Origin: Reyranella sp. | GTDB taxonomy: Bacteria; Pseudomonadota; Alphaproteobacteria; Reyranellales; Reyranellaceae | Direction: 5' to 3' | Assembly (NCBI GenBank): GCA_051985755.1 | Contig: JBPYDO010000380.1 | Coordinates: 1 to 50,487, forward strand | Length of the DNA stretch: 50,487 bases | Part shown: positions 36,761 through 46,204 of the stretch, in pieces | How the letters are laid out: each line of letters begins with the position of its first letter | How positions within the stretch are numbered: the stretch's first letter is position 1 | Position numbers and translations under genes: made by a program | The notes under the pieces: model-generated | Database searches by the model: none | What the model saw: the letters and a program-made list of their open reading frames with translations, nothing else | What the model was told of the DNA's origin: nothing

Positions 36761-37447
36761 ATGAAGCCCGATCGCCGAACCGTCCTGGCGGGCGCTGCGG
36801 CCGCCATCGCCGCTCCCTTCATCCTATCGCCCCAGGCCCGCGCCGACGCCAAGCGTCAGTCGCTGGTCGATCAAAGCCTTAGGAGCGCCCAGGACGTCCT
36901 GAGCGGCAAGGACTATCCGGATGTGCTGAAGCTCATGCCCAAGTCGAGGGGCGTCTTGATCGTGCCCGAACTGGTGCAGGGCGGCTTCATCATCGGCGCC
37001 GCCGGCGGCCGCGGCATCCTGATGGCGCGCAGCGCACCGAGCGACTGGTCCTATCCTGCCTTCTACGCCATGGGCTCGGGCAGCCTTGGCCTGCAGATCG
37101 GCGGCAAGGTGTCGAAGATCGTGTTCATCATCCTGACCGACAAGGGTCTCGACGCCCTGATAAACAGCAAGTTCAAGTTCGGCGCCGAGGCAGGCGTCAC
37201 CATGGTCGCGGTCGGCGCCGGCTTCGAGGGCGCCACCACGGCCGCGGCCGGCACTGACATCGTCGCCTATGCGAGCTCCAACGGCTTGTTCGCCGGCGCT
37301 TCGGTCGAGGGCTCCTATATCGACGCCGACAACGACTGGAACGCGCTTTACTACGGGCCGGGAGCCACCGGACGCTCGATCGTCAAGGAGCGGCGCTTCA
37401 GCAATCCCGGCGCCGAGCCGCTGCGACAATTCCTCTCCAAGTGGTGA
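36761..37447 (+). CDS. Ysc84/SYLF lipid-binding domain protein, Tat signal
   Basis: DRRTVL signal; GVLIVP, GGFIIG, SLGLQIGG, GLFAGASVEG and N.LYYG. Confidence 0.85.
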   Translation: MKPDRRTVLAGAAAAIAAPFILSPQARADAKRQSLVDQSLRSAQDVLSGKDYPDVLKLMPKSRGVLIVPELVQGGFIIGAAGGRGILMARSAPSDWSYPAFYAMGSGSLGLQIGGKVSKIVFIILTDKGLDALINSKFKFGAEAGVTMVAVGAGFEGATTAAAGTDIVAYASSNGLFAGASVEGSYIDADNDWNALYYGPGATGRSIVKERRFSNPGAEPLRQFLSKW

Positions 37448-37879
37448 TCAGCCGCCGCTCTCGACGCGCTGTTTGAGGGCGCCGTTCATCGCTGCGAAGC
37501 CGCGCGCGGTGTTCGCGAGCATCTCCGGGCTCAGGCCCACAAGCAGACCGCGAAAGTTTTCGTTCTGATGCAGACGGCAGCCGCCGGGCAGCGGCTCGAG
37601 GCGAAAGTCGTGCTCGCCGTCGAACAGGCCGGGCAGGATGAAATGGCCGAGCCAGCGCAATTCCCGGCCGGGCGAGGCGGCCAACACCGTTGGCTTGAAC
37701 GTCATGGCACGCCCGCCCGGCGGCTGCACCGTCACGGCAAGGCGCGCGCCGACCCGGGCTTCGCCGGCGAGGTGGCGGATGAAAGGGTTCCAGTCGGGAT
37801 AGGTCGCGAAATCGACCAGCACGCCCCAAACGCGGTCGGCCGAGGCGGCGATATCGATCGCCGTCTCGATGCGCCGCAT
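37448..37879 (-). CDS. SRPBCC (polyketide cyclase/START-like) domain protein
   Basis: VWGVLVDFATYPDWNPFI, ELRWLG, FDGEH and MNGALK. Confidence 0.85.
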   Translation of the reverse strand: MRRIETAIDIAASADRVWGVLVDFATYPDWNPFIRHLAGEARVGARLAVTVQPPGGRAMTFKPTVLAASPGRELRWLGHFILPGLFDGEHDFRLEPLPGGCRLHQNENFRGLLVGLSPEMLANTARGFAAMNGALKQRVESGG

Positions 37880-37882
37880 GGC

Positions 37883-38542
37883 TCACGCCACTTTCAGGCC
37901 GGCACCGATAATGAGCTTGGCCTTGGTCTTGGCCTTGACCTCATCCACCGTGACGGCGTCGGCGAGTTCGACCAGCGTGACGCCGCTGCCGCCCGTCTTG
38001 TCGACCGAAAAGACGCCGAGCTCGGTGATCACCATGTCGACCACGCGCCGGCCGGTCAGCGGCAGGGTGCACTCCTTCAAGAGCTTGGACTGGCCGTCCT
38101 TGGAGACGTGCTCCATGGTGACGATCACCCGCTTGACGCCGGCGACCAGATCCATGGCGCCGCCCATGCCCTTCACCACCTTGCCCGGGATCATCCAGTT
38201 GGCGAGGTCGCCGTTCTCCGCCACTTCCATGGCGCCCAGGATCGAAAGATCGATGTGCCCGCCGCGGATCATGCCGAAGCTGTCGGCCGAGCTGAAATAG
38301 GACGTACCCTTCACTTCGGTGACGGTCTGCTTGCCGGCATTGACGATATCGGCATCGACCTCGTTGTCGAACGGGAAGGGCCCGACCCCCAGCATGCCGT
38401 TCTCGCTTTGCAGCGTGATGTCGACATTCTCGGGCACGTAGTTGGAGACAAGCGTCGGGATGCCGATGCCCAGGTTGACGTAGAAGCCGTCCTTCAGCTC
38501 TTTCGCGGCGCGTGCCGCCATCTGTTCTCGGGTCCAGGCCAT
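37883..38542 (-). CDS. scoB: 3-oxoacid CoA-transferase subunit B
   Basis: YVNLGIGIPT, catalytic QSENG, NAGKQTV and KGMGGAMDLV. Confidence 0.93.
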   Translation of the reverse strand: MAWTREQMAARAAKELKDGFYVNLGIGIPTLVSNYVPENVDITLQSENGMLGVGPFPFDNEVDADIVNAGKQTVTEVKGTSYFSSADSFGMIRGGHIDLSILGAMEVAENGDLANWMIPGKVVKGMGGAMDLVAGVKRVIVTMEHVSKDGQSKLLKECTLPLTGRRVVDMVITELGVFSVDKTGGSGVTLVELADAVTVDEVKAKTKAKLIIGAGLKVA

Positions 38543-38551
38543 GGTGCCCTC

Positions 38552-39253
38552 CTAAGCTTTGCGAACTGTACGCTGCTCGATCTGCTTGTTGTAGGGCGCG
38601 CCGCAGAAGATGCGCTGCACGAAAACCGCGGGCGTATGGATGTGGTCGGGATCGAGCTCGCCCACCGGCACCAGCTCTTCGACTTCGGCGACGCAGACCT
38701 TGGCCGCGGTCGCCATGATCGGATTGAAGTTCCGCGCCGCCTTGCGATAGACGAGGTTGCCTGACGTGTCGCCCTTCCAGGCCTTGACCAGCGCGACGTC
38801 GCCATAGAGGCCGCGCTCCATGACGTATTCCGCTCCGTCGAACTTCTTGGTCTCCTTGCCCTCGGCCACCAGGGTGCCGACGCCGGTCTTGGTGTAGAAG
38901 GCCGGGATGCCAGCACCGCCGGCGCGCACGCGCTCGGCCAACGTGCCCTGCGGATTGAATTCGAGCTCGAGCTTGCCTTCGAGATAGAGCTTGGCGAAGG
39001 TTTTGTTCTCGCCGACATACGAGCTGATCATCTTCTTGACCTGCCCGGTATCGAGCAGCAGGCCGAGGCCGGCGCCGTCGATGCCGGCATTGTTACTGAC
39101 GCAAGTCAGGTTCTTGACGCCTGACTCGCGCAGGGCCCGGATCAGCTTTTCGGGAATGCCCACCAGGCCGAAGCCGCCGCACATCAGCATCTGGCCGTCG
39201 GCGATCACGCCCGCCAAAGCCGATTTGGCATCCTTGTAGACCTTGTTCGCCAT
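38552..39253 (-). CDS. scoA: 3-oxoacid CoA-transferase subunit A
   Basis: GGFGLVGIPE, SNNAG, SSYVGEN, PQGTLAER and ARNFNP. Confidence 0.93.
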   Translation of the reverse strand: MANKVYKDAKSALAGVIADGQMLMCGGFGLVGIPEKLIRALRESGVKNLTCVSNNAGIDGAGLGLLLDTGQVKKMISSYVGENKTFAKLYLEGKLELEFNPQGTLAERVRAGGAGIPAFYTKTGVGTLVAEGKETKKFDGAEYVMERGLYGDVALVKAWKGDTSGNLVYRKAARNFNPIMATAAKVCVAEVEELVPVGELDPDHIHTPAVFVQRIFCGAPYNKQIEQRTVRKA

Positions 39254-39272
39254 CGCTTCCCTCTCTGCTTCG

Positions 39273-39302
39273 CATATGCGGGAGGGGCTCGCGGCCTGTC
39301 AA
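39273..39302 (-). promoter_or_regulatory. Putative sigma70 promoter for scoAB
   Basis: Minus strand TTGACA-N17-GCATAT, about 20 nt upstream of the scoA ATG. Confidence 0.55.
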
Positions 39303-39379
39303 TGCGGCCGCTTAAGCGGCCATCTTCTTGCCAAACACCACAGTGAGTTGGTGCGTCGCCAGATCTCCAGCAGCCCGCG

Positions 39380-40192
39380 CTAGGCCAGCAGCATCAACTG
39401 CTTTGTGAGCAAACCGTCGGCATCCTGGAGCTCGTGCGTAATCGTGAAATGGTCGGCGCCGGCCACCGGGATCAGGGCCCCCGGCAAGTGCTGCGCCGAC
39501 CGGATTTCGTGCAATTTGCGGCTGTCGCCGACCAGGGGCGGCAACTCGAGGGTGCCGTAGGTGATGGCGAGCGGCTTTTGCACCATGGGCAGGCGCAGCG
39601 GCGAGAGCCTTTCGATCTCCTCGTCGGAGAGCTTGAGCTTGTCATTGAGGTAGGTGTCGCGGATCGGCCCCAGCTCGAACACGCCTGAGACGGCGAGGCC
39701 GGCGTTGACGCGCGCATGGCCGAGGCACTGTGCCGTGAGATGCCCGCCGGCCGACCAACCCGACAGGATGACTTGGCCCGCGATGCCGTGCGCCGGTCCG
39801 TTGACCGCGAGCCAGTCCAGCGCCACGTCGATTTCGGCGACTATCTCGCTGAGCGATGCTTCGGGCGCGAGCGTGTAGCCGGGCAACGCGCCGGCCCAGC
39901 CGTGCGCATGGACGCCGGCGACCAGGCTCGCGAACTGGTCCTTGCTGTTGCGCTGCCAGTAGCCGCCATGGATGAAGACGAGGCAGGGCGCGTTGGGGTC
40001 GCGGGCGGGAAACAGGTCCCAGGTGTTCCGTTCGCGCGGCCCGTAGCGCAGGTCGAGATGCTGCGAATGGGCCCTGCGGAACGCCGCCGACCTCGCCTCG
40101 CGGTCGGCGTTCAGCTCGGCGCTGTTCTTCACGGCATTGGTGTTGTTGTACGCCGCATCGCGTTCGTCGCGGCTCATGGCGCCCCAGTTCAT
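39380..40192 (-). CDS. Alpha/beta hydrolase (arylformamidase/esterase-like)
   Basis: FIHGGYW oxyanion motif, GWSAGG nucleophile and DHF catalytic His. Confidence 0.88.
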   Translation of the reverse strand: MNWGAMSRDERDAAYNNTNAVKNSAELNADREARSAAFRRAHSQHLDLRYGPRERNTWDLFPARDPNAPCLVFIHGGYWQRNSKDQFASLVAGVHAHGWAGALPGYTLAPEASLSEIVAEIDVALDWLAVNGPAHGIAGQVILSGWSAGGHLTAQCLGHARVNAGLAVSGVFELGPIRDTYLNDKLKLSDEEIERLSPLRLPMVQKPLAITYGTLELPPLVGDSRKLHEIRSAQHLPGALIPVAGADHFTITHELQDADGLLTKQLMLLA

Positions 40193-40231
40193 TTCCGTCC
40201 CTTCACCCTGCGAAGGGCGAGACTAACGCGC

Positions 40232-41119
40232 CTAGCGTCTGTCGACGATCACGATCGCGATGCCGGCGATCACCAGCGCCGTGCCGATCGCCAGCGCGGC
40301 GGTGATCGGCTCGTCGAGCAGCAGTGCCGACGAGAGGATGCCGACCAGGGGCACGCCCAGCATGCCGAGCGAAGTGGTGATGGGCGGCAGGACGCGGGTC
40401 ACCGAGACGGTGGCCCAGGTGCCGGCCGGCCCGGCCAAGCTGCCGATATAAATGAGCGCCGCCCAGAGCTGCCACTTGCCGGTGTCGTAATAGCCATGCG
40501 GCTCGACGATGGCGGCGAGCAGCCACAGCAGCACGGTGGCCACGCTCATCTGCCAGGGCAGCACATCGAGCGGCGTGGTGCGCCAGCGATGGCGGCGCGT
40601 GTGCAGGATGGCGAGCGCCCAGCTCAGTCCGGCCAGCAGGAGATAGATGTGGCCCAGCACGACCTTGCGGTCGTGCCAGTCGAAGCGACCTGGATCGGCC
40701 AGCACGACAATGCCGCCCAGGCCCAGCGCCACGCCGGCAAGCGCCCGCCAGCCCACCCGCTCGCCGGCCAATAGCGACAGCGGCACCATCCAGAGCATGG
40801 TGGTGTAGGAGAGCACGCTCGAGCGGCCGGCCGGCACGCTTTGCACGCCGAGATTCGCGAGCGCAAAGAAGATCGAAAGCTGCAGCCCACCGACCGACAG
40901 GATCACCGGCCAGTCGTCGCGATGCGGCCAGGCCAGTCGCCGGAGCAGCGCCAGCAGGAAGAAAGCGCTCAGCGCCGAAAGCGTGGCGCGACCCGCCGCC
41001 AGCCAGACTGGCGTGCCGGCCATAAGGCCGATCTTCATGGCGGGCCAGGTGAGGCCGAACAGCACCATGGCCGCGGCGAGCTGCAGCCAGGCGACGCGAG
41101 GAACGGCGTTTTCCGTCAT
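40232..41119 (-). CDS. DMT/EamA-family transporter
   Basis: About 10 TM segments in two EamA repeats (FGLTWP, GRSSVLSYT, LLDEPIT). Confidence 0.88.
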   Translation of the reverse strand: MTENAVPRVAWLQLAAAMVLFGLTWPAMKIGLMAGTPVWLAAGRATLSALSAFFLLALLRRLAWPHRDDWPVILSVGGLQLSIFFALANLGVQSVPAGRSSVLSYTTMLWMVPLSLLAGERVGWRALAGVALGLGGIVVLADPGRFDWHDRKVVLGHIYLLLAGLSWALAILHTRRHRWRTTPLDVLPWQMSVATVLLWLLAAIVEPHGYYDTGKWQLWAALIYIGSLAGPAGTWATVSVTRVLPPITTSLGMLGVPLVGILSSALLLDEPITAALAIGTALVIAGIAIVIVDRR

Positions 41120-41257
41120 TCGGCAGCCTGGCCGCGGGCCCGATAACAAATTTTTGAGCGGGCGCGCGATTTGTCGAAATTCGTCCGCGCCGAACGTCCA
41201 GAGATGCGGCGCCGATTCCGCGCCGTGGCCTCAACAGGAATGGAGCGGAGGAAGCCC

Positions 41258-41611
41258 ATGGTCCCGTCGAACACGATGCCGCGTACGATTGCAGCGATAT
41301 TCATGACATTGCTGGTTGCCTGGAACACGGCGGAGTTCGCCTTTCAGCCCGTCCGCCGACCGGTCGGCGACGAGATCCGGGTGTTTGTCGCGACCGCGCT
41401 CGTCATGGCGCTCATTCCCTTTGTCCGCTCGAGTTCGCGCTGGTCGGGCTGGGCAGCGCTGGTCATCGGGGTGATCTGGTGCATTTTCGGCACCGCTGGC
41501 CTCTTTCTGGCCGGTGCCAATGAGGGCTTTGGCAAGGTAGGCCCAGCCGTCGCCGCGGTCCTGATGCTGGTCGCCACGATTTCAGCCGTGCGCATCGTGC
41601 GCGAGAGGTGA
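41258..41611 (+). CDS. Small hypothetical membrane protein (about 4 TM)
   Basis: GGAGGA RBS before ATG 41258; four hydrophobic stretches. Confidence 0.6.
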   Translation: MVPSNTMPRTIAAIFMTLLVAWNTAEFAFQPVRRPVGDEIRVFVATALVMALIPFVRSSSRWSGWAALVIGVIWCIFGTAGLFLAGANEGFGKVGPAVAAVLMLVATISAVRIVRER

Positions 41612-41660
41612 CGCCGACCCCTCGGCCGGCAGGCGCGCCGCCACTTCGCGATGTCAGCGA

Positions 41661-41843
41661 CTAGTCGGAGAACAGCTTCCCGGCCTCGGCCCAGTTCTCT
41701 TTCTTGACGTCGGTCAGGATGATCTGGACGGCGTCGGGCGTGCAGCCGAGCGCACGGCAGGTGCCTTCGGTCAGCTCCTTGGCGAGCTTGCGGCGCTGCT
41801 CGAGCGTGCGACCTTCGAACATCTGCACATTGATCATCGGCAT
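41661..41843 (-). CDS. 4-oxalocrotonate tautomerase family protein
   Basis: Catalytic Pro directly after Met; EGRT.EQ and ENWAEAG; 60 aa; GAGGAG RBS. Confidence 0.9.
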   Translation of the reverse strand: MPMINVQMFEGRTLEQRRKLAKELTEGTCRALGCTPDAVQIILTDVKKENWAEAGKLFSD

Positions 41844-41856
41844 CGCTCTCTCCTCA

Positions 41857-42468
41857 TCAGTTCTCCTGGTCCATGGTGACGTGGCCGGGCTGGGCGGCGA
41901 CCCGCGACAGCCAGCTGCTCACATGCGGGAAGTCGTCGAGATTGAAGGCGCCTTCCTGGGCGACATGCGTGTAGCCATAGAGGGCAATATCGGCCAGGCC
42001 ATAGCGGTCGCCGACGAAGAAGGGATGGCGCGCGAGATGCTGCTCCATCACGCCGAGCGCCGCGTAGCCGCGCTTCACGCGCTCGGGCAGGTCGAGCTCC
42101 TGCAGCGGCGAGAGCCTGGTGAGGAAGTGTCGCCAGAAGCGCACCACGGCGATGTTGGGCTCGTGGCTGTACTGCTCGAAGAACATCCATTGCAGCGTCT
42201 GCGCCCGCTCGAGCCGGGTCGCCGGCGCGAATTTCGTGCCCTCGGCCAGGTACCAGAGGATGGCATCGGACTCGGCCAAGTATGTGCCGTCCTCGAGTTG
42301 CAAGGTTGGGATCCGGCCGTTGGGATTCTTGGCTAGGAACTCGGGCGTGTGCGTCTCGCCCTTCAGGATGTCGCACTCGATGAGGGTGTAGGGGAGGCCG
42401 AGTTGCGCCAGCAGCAGGCGCACCTTGTAGCCGTTGCCCGAGCCCATGAAGTCGTACAGCGTCAGCAT
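41857..42468 (-). CDS. Glutathione S-transferase family protein
   Basis: SGNGYKVRL, NPNGRIPTL, ESDAILWYL, WMFFEQYSHEP and ADIALYGYTH. ATG 42468 follows GGAG. Confidence 0.92.
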   Translation of the reverse strand: MLTLYDFMGSGNGYKVRLLLAQLGLPYTLIECDILKGETHTPEFLAKNPNGRIPTLQLEDGTYLAESDAILWYLAEGTKFAPATRLERAQTLQWMFFEQYSHEPNIAVVRFWRHFLTRLSPLQELDLPERVKRGYAALGVMEQHLARHPFFVGDRYGLADIALYGYTHVAQEGAFNLDDFPHVSSWLSRVAAQPGHVTMDQEN

Positions 42469-42663
42469 CGGATTCACTCCGCCGCGGCGATGAGCACGGG
42501 CTGCGCCTGCGCCTTGACCATCGCGCCCACAGTGTAATTTAATTACGCCGAACTAGCGCTTATCGCGCTAAAACTGCGTCGACACGCCCTTTTCTACGGC
42601 TTTAAAACCTAAGTCAACGTTATTGACCTAATGCGAGCCCCAAAGAAGGCTCGTGGTCTCGGC

Positions 42664-43629
42664 TCAGGCCGGCGCCTGCTGGTTGTAGCGGCCACCGATG
42701 CGGAAGCGATCGAGATACCCGGGGAGGATGGCCTCCGCGGCGGTTGGTTGAATGCCCAGCGTCGCGAGGGTGAGCGCGCCCGCCCGCACGACGTTGTCAT
42801 GGGTCATTAGGTCGGCCTGATCGACGGTGATGGGCGGCACTAAACCCAGTCGCGCGATTTGCTGAGCAAAGAAGCCCGCGAACTTCATCAGTGGAATTGG
42901 CACGCCGATGATCGGCTTTTTGCGACCGATCTCGCGCAACACGAGCGCGGCCACCTCGCGATAAGTGTAGACGCGCGGGCCGCCCAGCTCGAACACGCTC
43001 TTCGCCGTATCGGGCCGCGCCAGCACGGCGGTCACCGCGTCGCCCACATCGCCCACGAACACCGGCTGTACCCTGGCGGAACCGTTCCCGACCAAGGGCA
43101 GGAAAGGCGTATTGGCCGCCATGCTGGCGAGGCGGGTGAACATCGCATCGCCCGGCCCGAACACGACGCTGGGGCGCAGGATGGTCGCCTTTTCGAAGCT
43201 GCGCACCATGGCGTCTTCCGCGCCGATCTTGGACTGGACGTAGCGGTTGCGCGTGCTCCGTTGATCGGTGCCTAGGCCCGAGATGTGCACGACGCGCTCG
43301 ACGCCGAAGGCCGCGGCGGCGGCGGCGATGGTTCGGGCGCCTTCGACATGCACGGCCTGATAGCGCTGCCGGCCTCGCTGGAACGGGATGCCGGCGGCAT
43401 TGACGACGGCCTGGCTGCCGGCGATCGCCGCGGCGACCGACTGCGGCATCCTGAGATTGGCGCGCACCAGCATGACCTGGCCCACGTCGCCCGCCGTCTT
43501 GAGCGGCTCGGCGAGCTCGATCCGGCGCGAGGCCGCCTTGACCAGGTAACCCTCCCTGGCAAGCGACCGCACGATGCCGCGACCGACCAAGCCGCTGCCG
43601 CCAAAAACCGTGACCTGCTTGATGCTCAT
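42664..43629 (-). CDS. Complex I NDUFA9-family NAD-dependent epimerase/dehydratase
   Basis: VTVFGGSGLVG, GDVGQV, ILRPSVVFGPGD and QPVFVGDV. Confidence 0.88.
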   Translation of the reverse strand: MSIKQVTVFGGSGLVGRGIVRSLAREGYLVKAASRRIELAEPLKTAGDVGQVMLVRANLRMPQSVAAAIAGSQAVVNAAGIPFQRGRQRYQAVHVEGARTIAAAAAAFGVERVVHISGLGTDQRSTRNRYVQSKIGAEDAMVRSFEKATILRPSVVFGPGDAMFTRLASMAANTPFLPLVGNGSARVQPVFVGDVGDAVTAVLARPDTAKSVFELGGPRVYTYREVAALVLREIGRKKPIIGVPIPLMKFAGFFAQQIARLGLVPPITVDQADLMTHDNVVRAGALTLATLGIQPTAAEAILPGYLDRFRIGGRYNQQAPA

Positions 43630-43689
43630 GGCCCGCTGCCTATAGCCGAACCCGCCGCTGGCGCAAGCCGTGGTTGCCGGCCCTCGCGG

Positions 43690-43718
43690 TTGACATCGGC
43701 CCGGGCCGGTCCTAACTG
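43690..43718 (+). promoter_or_regulatory. Putative sigma70 promoter of tRNA-Leu
   Basis: TTGACA-N17-TAACTG (alphaproteobacterial-type -10 lacking the final T). Confidence 0.55.
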
Positions 43719-43745
43719 ACGGCCCTCACATGCCCCGCATGCCGT

Positions 43746-43830
<85 letters not shown>

Positions 43831-43856
43831 TGCCGGGTGTGCGAGGCGCTCCCTAG

Positions 43857-44468
43857 ATGGCCATCAAACTGCACCACGGCGACCTTCCCGACGGCTTGTC
43901 GCTCGGGCCCGTGGTCGCGGTCGACACCGAAACGATGGGACTCAATCCGCATCGCGACCGGTTGTGTCTGGTCCAGCTCTCGGCCGGCGACGGCAACGCC
44001 CATCTGGTGAAGATCCCGCGTGGACCGGTGAAGGCGCCACGGCTTGCCAACCTGCTCGGCGATCCCAAGGTGCTGAAGCTGTTTCACTTCGGCCGCTTCG
44101 ACATCGCCGTTCTCGAGCATGCGCTCGGCATCAGGTGCGAGCCGGTCTATTGCACCAAGATCGCGGCGCGGCTGACGCGCACCTTCACCGACAAGTTCGG
44201 GCTCAAGGATCTCTGCAAGGAACTGCTGGGCATCGATCTTTCCAAGCAGCAGCAAACCTCGGACTGGGGCGCCGATGCATTGAGCGAGGAGCAGTTGAAC
44301 TACGCCGCATCCGACGTGCTTCACCTGCATGCGCTGAAGGCCAAGCTCGATCTCCTGCTGAAGCGCGAGGGCCGCAGCGACTTGGCCGAGGCCGCCTTCC
44401 GCTTCCTGCCGAGCCGCGCCCGCCTTGACCTTGCCGGCTGGGCCGGCATCGACATTTTCGAGCACTAG
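43857..44468 (+). CDS. rnd: Ribonuclease D (DEDDy 3'-5' exonuclease, short form)
   Basis: AVDTETMGL, RDRLCLVQL, FHFGRFD, CTKIA, SKQQQTSDW and YAASDV. Confidence 0.92.
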   Translation: MAIKLHHGDLPDGLSLGPVVAVDTETMGLNPHRDRLCLVQLSAGDGNAHLVKIPRGPVKAPRLANLLGDPKVLKLFHFGRFDIAVLEHALGIRCEPVYCTKIAARLTRTFTDKFGLKDLCKELLGIDLSKQQQTSDWGADALSEEQLNYAASDVLHLHALKAKLDLLLKREGRSDLAEAAFRFLPSRARLDLAGWAGIDIFEH

Positions 44469-44474
44469 CTAGAC

Positions 44475-44490
44475 TGGCACGGTTCTTGCT
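44475..44490 (+). promoter_or_regulatory. Sigma54 (-24/-12) promoter upstream of rpoN
   Basis: TGGCACGGTTCTTGCT matches the TGGCACG-N4-TTGCW consensus exactly. Confidence 0.85.
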
Positions 44491-44532
44491 AGAACCCCTC
44501 CGTGGGAGGTCGGATGACCTCTTGGGGGGCAT

Positions 44533-46071
44533 ATGCGTATCGGTCCGAGTCTCGTCCTCGCTTCGCGTCAGACGCTGGCCATGACGCCGCAGCTGCAGCA
44601 GGCCATCAAGCTGCTGCAGTTCTCCCATCTCGAACTTGCCGCCTTCATCCAGCAGGAACTCGAAAAGAATCCGCTGTTGCAGGAAGCCCCGCCGGAGGAC
44701 GGCGTGGCCGCAGAGCCCGAACCGCCGACACTCGATGCGCCGGTCGACACAGCGGAAGCGCTGGCCGCAGCCGCGCCGGCGCTGGTCGATGCCGACGAGC
44801 GCTGGACCCGCGAATTCGCCGACCGCGGCGGCGATGGTGCGGCGACGCGGGGCACAGTACGCGACGACGTTCCCGATGCGCTGGATTTCGTGGCCGAGCG
44901 GCCGCACTCGCTCGCGACGCACGTGCTGGAACAGATCGATCTCCTCTTCCGCGCAGCCGACGAGCGGCGGATTGCGCTGAAGCTTGCCGAGGGTCTCGAC
45001 GAGGCGGGCTATTGCCGACTGGAAGCGAGCGCCATCGCCCACGCCCTGTCGGTCGATCTCGAGGCCGTCGAGCGCATATGGTCGCGCCTGCGCCAGATCG
45101 AGCCGGCCGGACTCTTTGCCCGCTCGCTCGCCGAGTGCCTGGCGGCGCAGCTCGCCGAGCGCAACCGCCTCGACCCGGCGATGAAGGCCTTGCTCGACAA
45201 CTTGGAGCTGGCGGCGGCCGGCGAGCTCGGCCAGCTCCGCCGGCGTTGCGGCGTCGACGAAGAAGATCTGCGCGACATGCTGGCCGAGCTGCGCACGCTC
45301 GATCCGCGTCCCGGCCAGAAATTCGACTTCGAGCCGATCCAGCCGGTGGCGCCCGACCTGATGCTGACTGCGGCCAAGGATCCTGAGACGGGCGAGGAAG
45401 GCTGGCACATCGAGCTCAACACCGAGGCGCTGCCCAAGGTTCTGGTCGACCGCAACTACCACGCCACCTTGATGAAGGGCGCGCGCGCCAAGGCCGATCG
45501 CGACTTCGTCGCCGAACGGTTCCAGTCGGCGAACTGGCTGGTCAAGACGCTGGAGCAGCGCGCCACCACCATCCTCAGGGTGGCGCGCGAGATCGTGCGC
45601 CAGCAGGACGGCTTCTTCCGTAAAGGCGTGGGCGCGTTGCGTCCCCTGGTGCTGCGCGACATCGCCATCGCCACCGACCTGCATGAGAGCACGGTGAGCC
45701 GCGTCACCTCGAACAAGTACATCGCCACGCCGCGCGGCATCTTCGAGCTGAAATACTTCTTCACCTCGGCGCTGCCGGCGCGCACGCCGGGAGTCGTGGT
45801 GTCCTCCGAGTCGGTGCGGTCCCGCATCCGGCATCTGGTCGATGGCGAGGATGCGCGCCAGCCGCTGTCGGACGACCGCATCGTCGATCTCCTGAAGAAT
45901 GAAGGCGTCGAGATCGCGCGTCGCACGGTTGCCAAGTATCGCGAAGCCATGCGCATCCCCTCGTCGGCCGAACGGCGCCGGCTCGGCCGCCTCGGCATGA
46001 CGAGAAGCCTGCCGGCCGGCGTGCCGCTCGCCGCCGTCGCGGCGCAGGCTCTGGCGAGTCAAGCGGATTGA
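44533..46071 (+). CDS. rpoN: RNA polymerase sigma-54 factor
   Basis: MTPQLQQAIKLLQ, ELEKNPLL, HESTVSRVT, LSDD and RpoN box ARRTVAKYRE. Confidence 0.97.
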   Translation: MRIGPSLVLASRQTLAMTPQLQQAIKLLQFSHLELAAFIQQELEKNPLLQEAPPEDGVAAEPEPPTLDAPVDTAEALAAAAPALVDADERWTREFADRGGDGAATRGTVRDDVPDALDFVAERPHSLATHVLEQIDLLFRAADERRIALKLAEGLDEAGYCRLEASAIAHALSVDLEAVERIWSRLRQIEPAGLFARSLAECLAAQLAERNRLDPAMKALLDNLELAAAGELGQLRRRCGVDEEDLRDMLAELRTLDPRPGQKFDFEPIQPVAPDLMLTAAKDPETGEEGWHIELNTEALPKVLVDRNYHATLMKGARAKADRDFVAERFQSANWLVKTLEQRATTILRVAREIVRQQDGFFRKGVGALRPLVLRDIAIATDLHESTVSRVTSNKYIATPRGIFELKYFFTSALPARTPGVVVSSESVRSRIRHLVDGEDARQPLSDDRIVDLLKNEGVEIARRTVAKYREAMRIPSSAERRRLGRLGMTRSLPAGVPLAAVAAQALASQAD

Positions 46072-46118
46072 ACCGGTCCGGCGCAAAAAAGACTGCCATG
46101 ACGTCACCCCGTGGTTGC

Positions 46119-46147
46119 TTGACCGGTTCGGGCGACGCGCCTATAGG
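46119..46147 (+). promoter_or_regulatory. Putative sigma70 promoter for ptsN
   Basis: TTGACC-N17-TATAGG (CTTGAC...CTATAG), the alphaproteobacterial housekeeping type. Confidence 0.6.
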
Positions 46148-46204
46148 GGCGCTCTTCTGGGCGGGGGGAGTACGACCCCGCCCAGCTAACTAACTGGTGA
46201 CATT

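Noticed and set aside
42530-42560. dif/Xer recombination site in the AT-rich spacer
   Set aside because: Only a loose resemblance to the XerC arm; no TTATGTTAAAT-like XerD arm at the right spacing.
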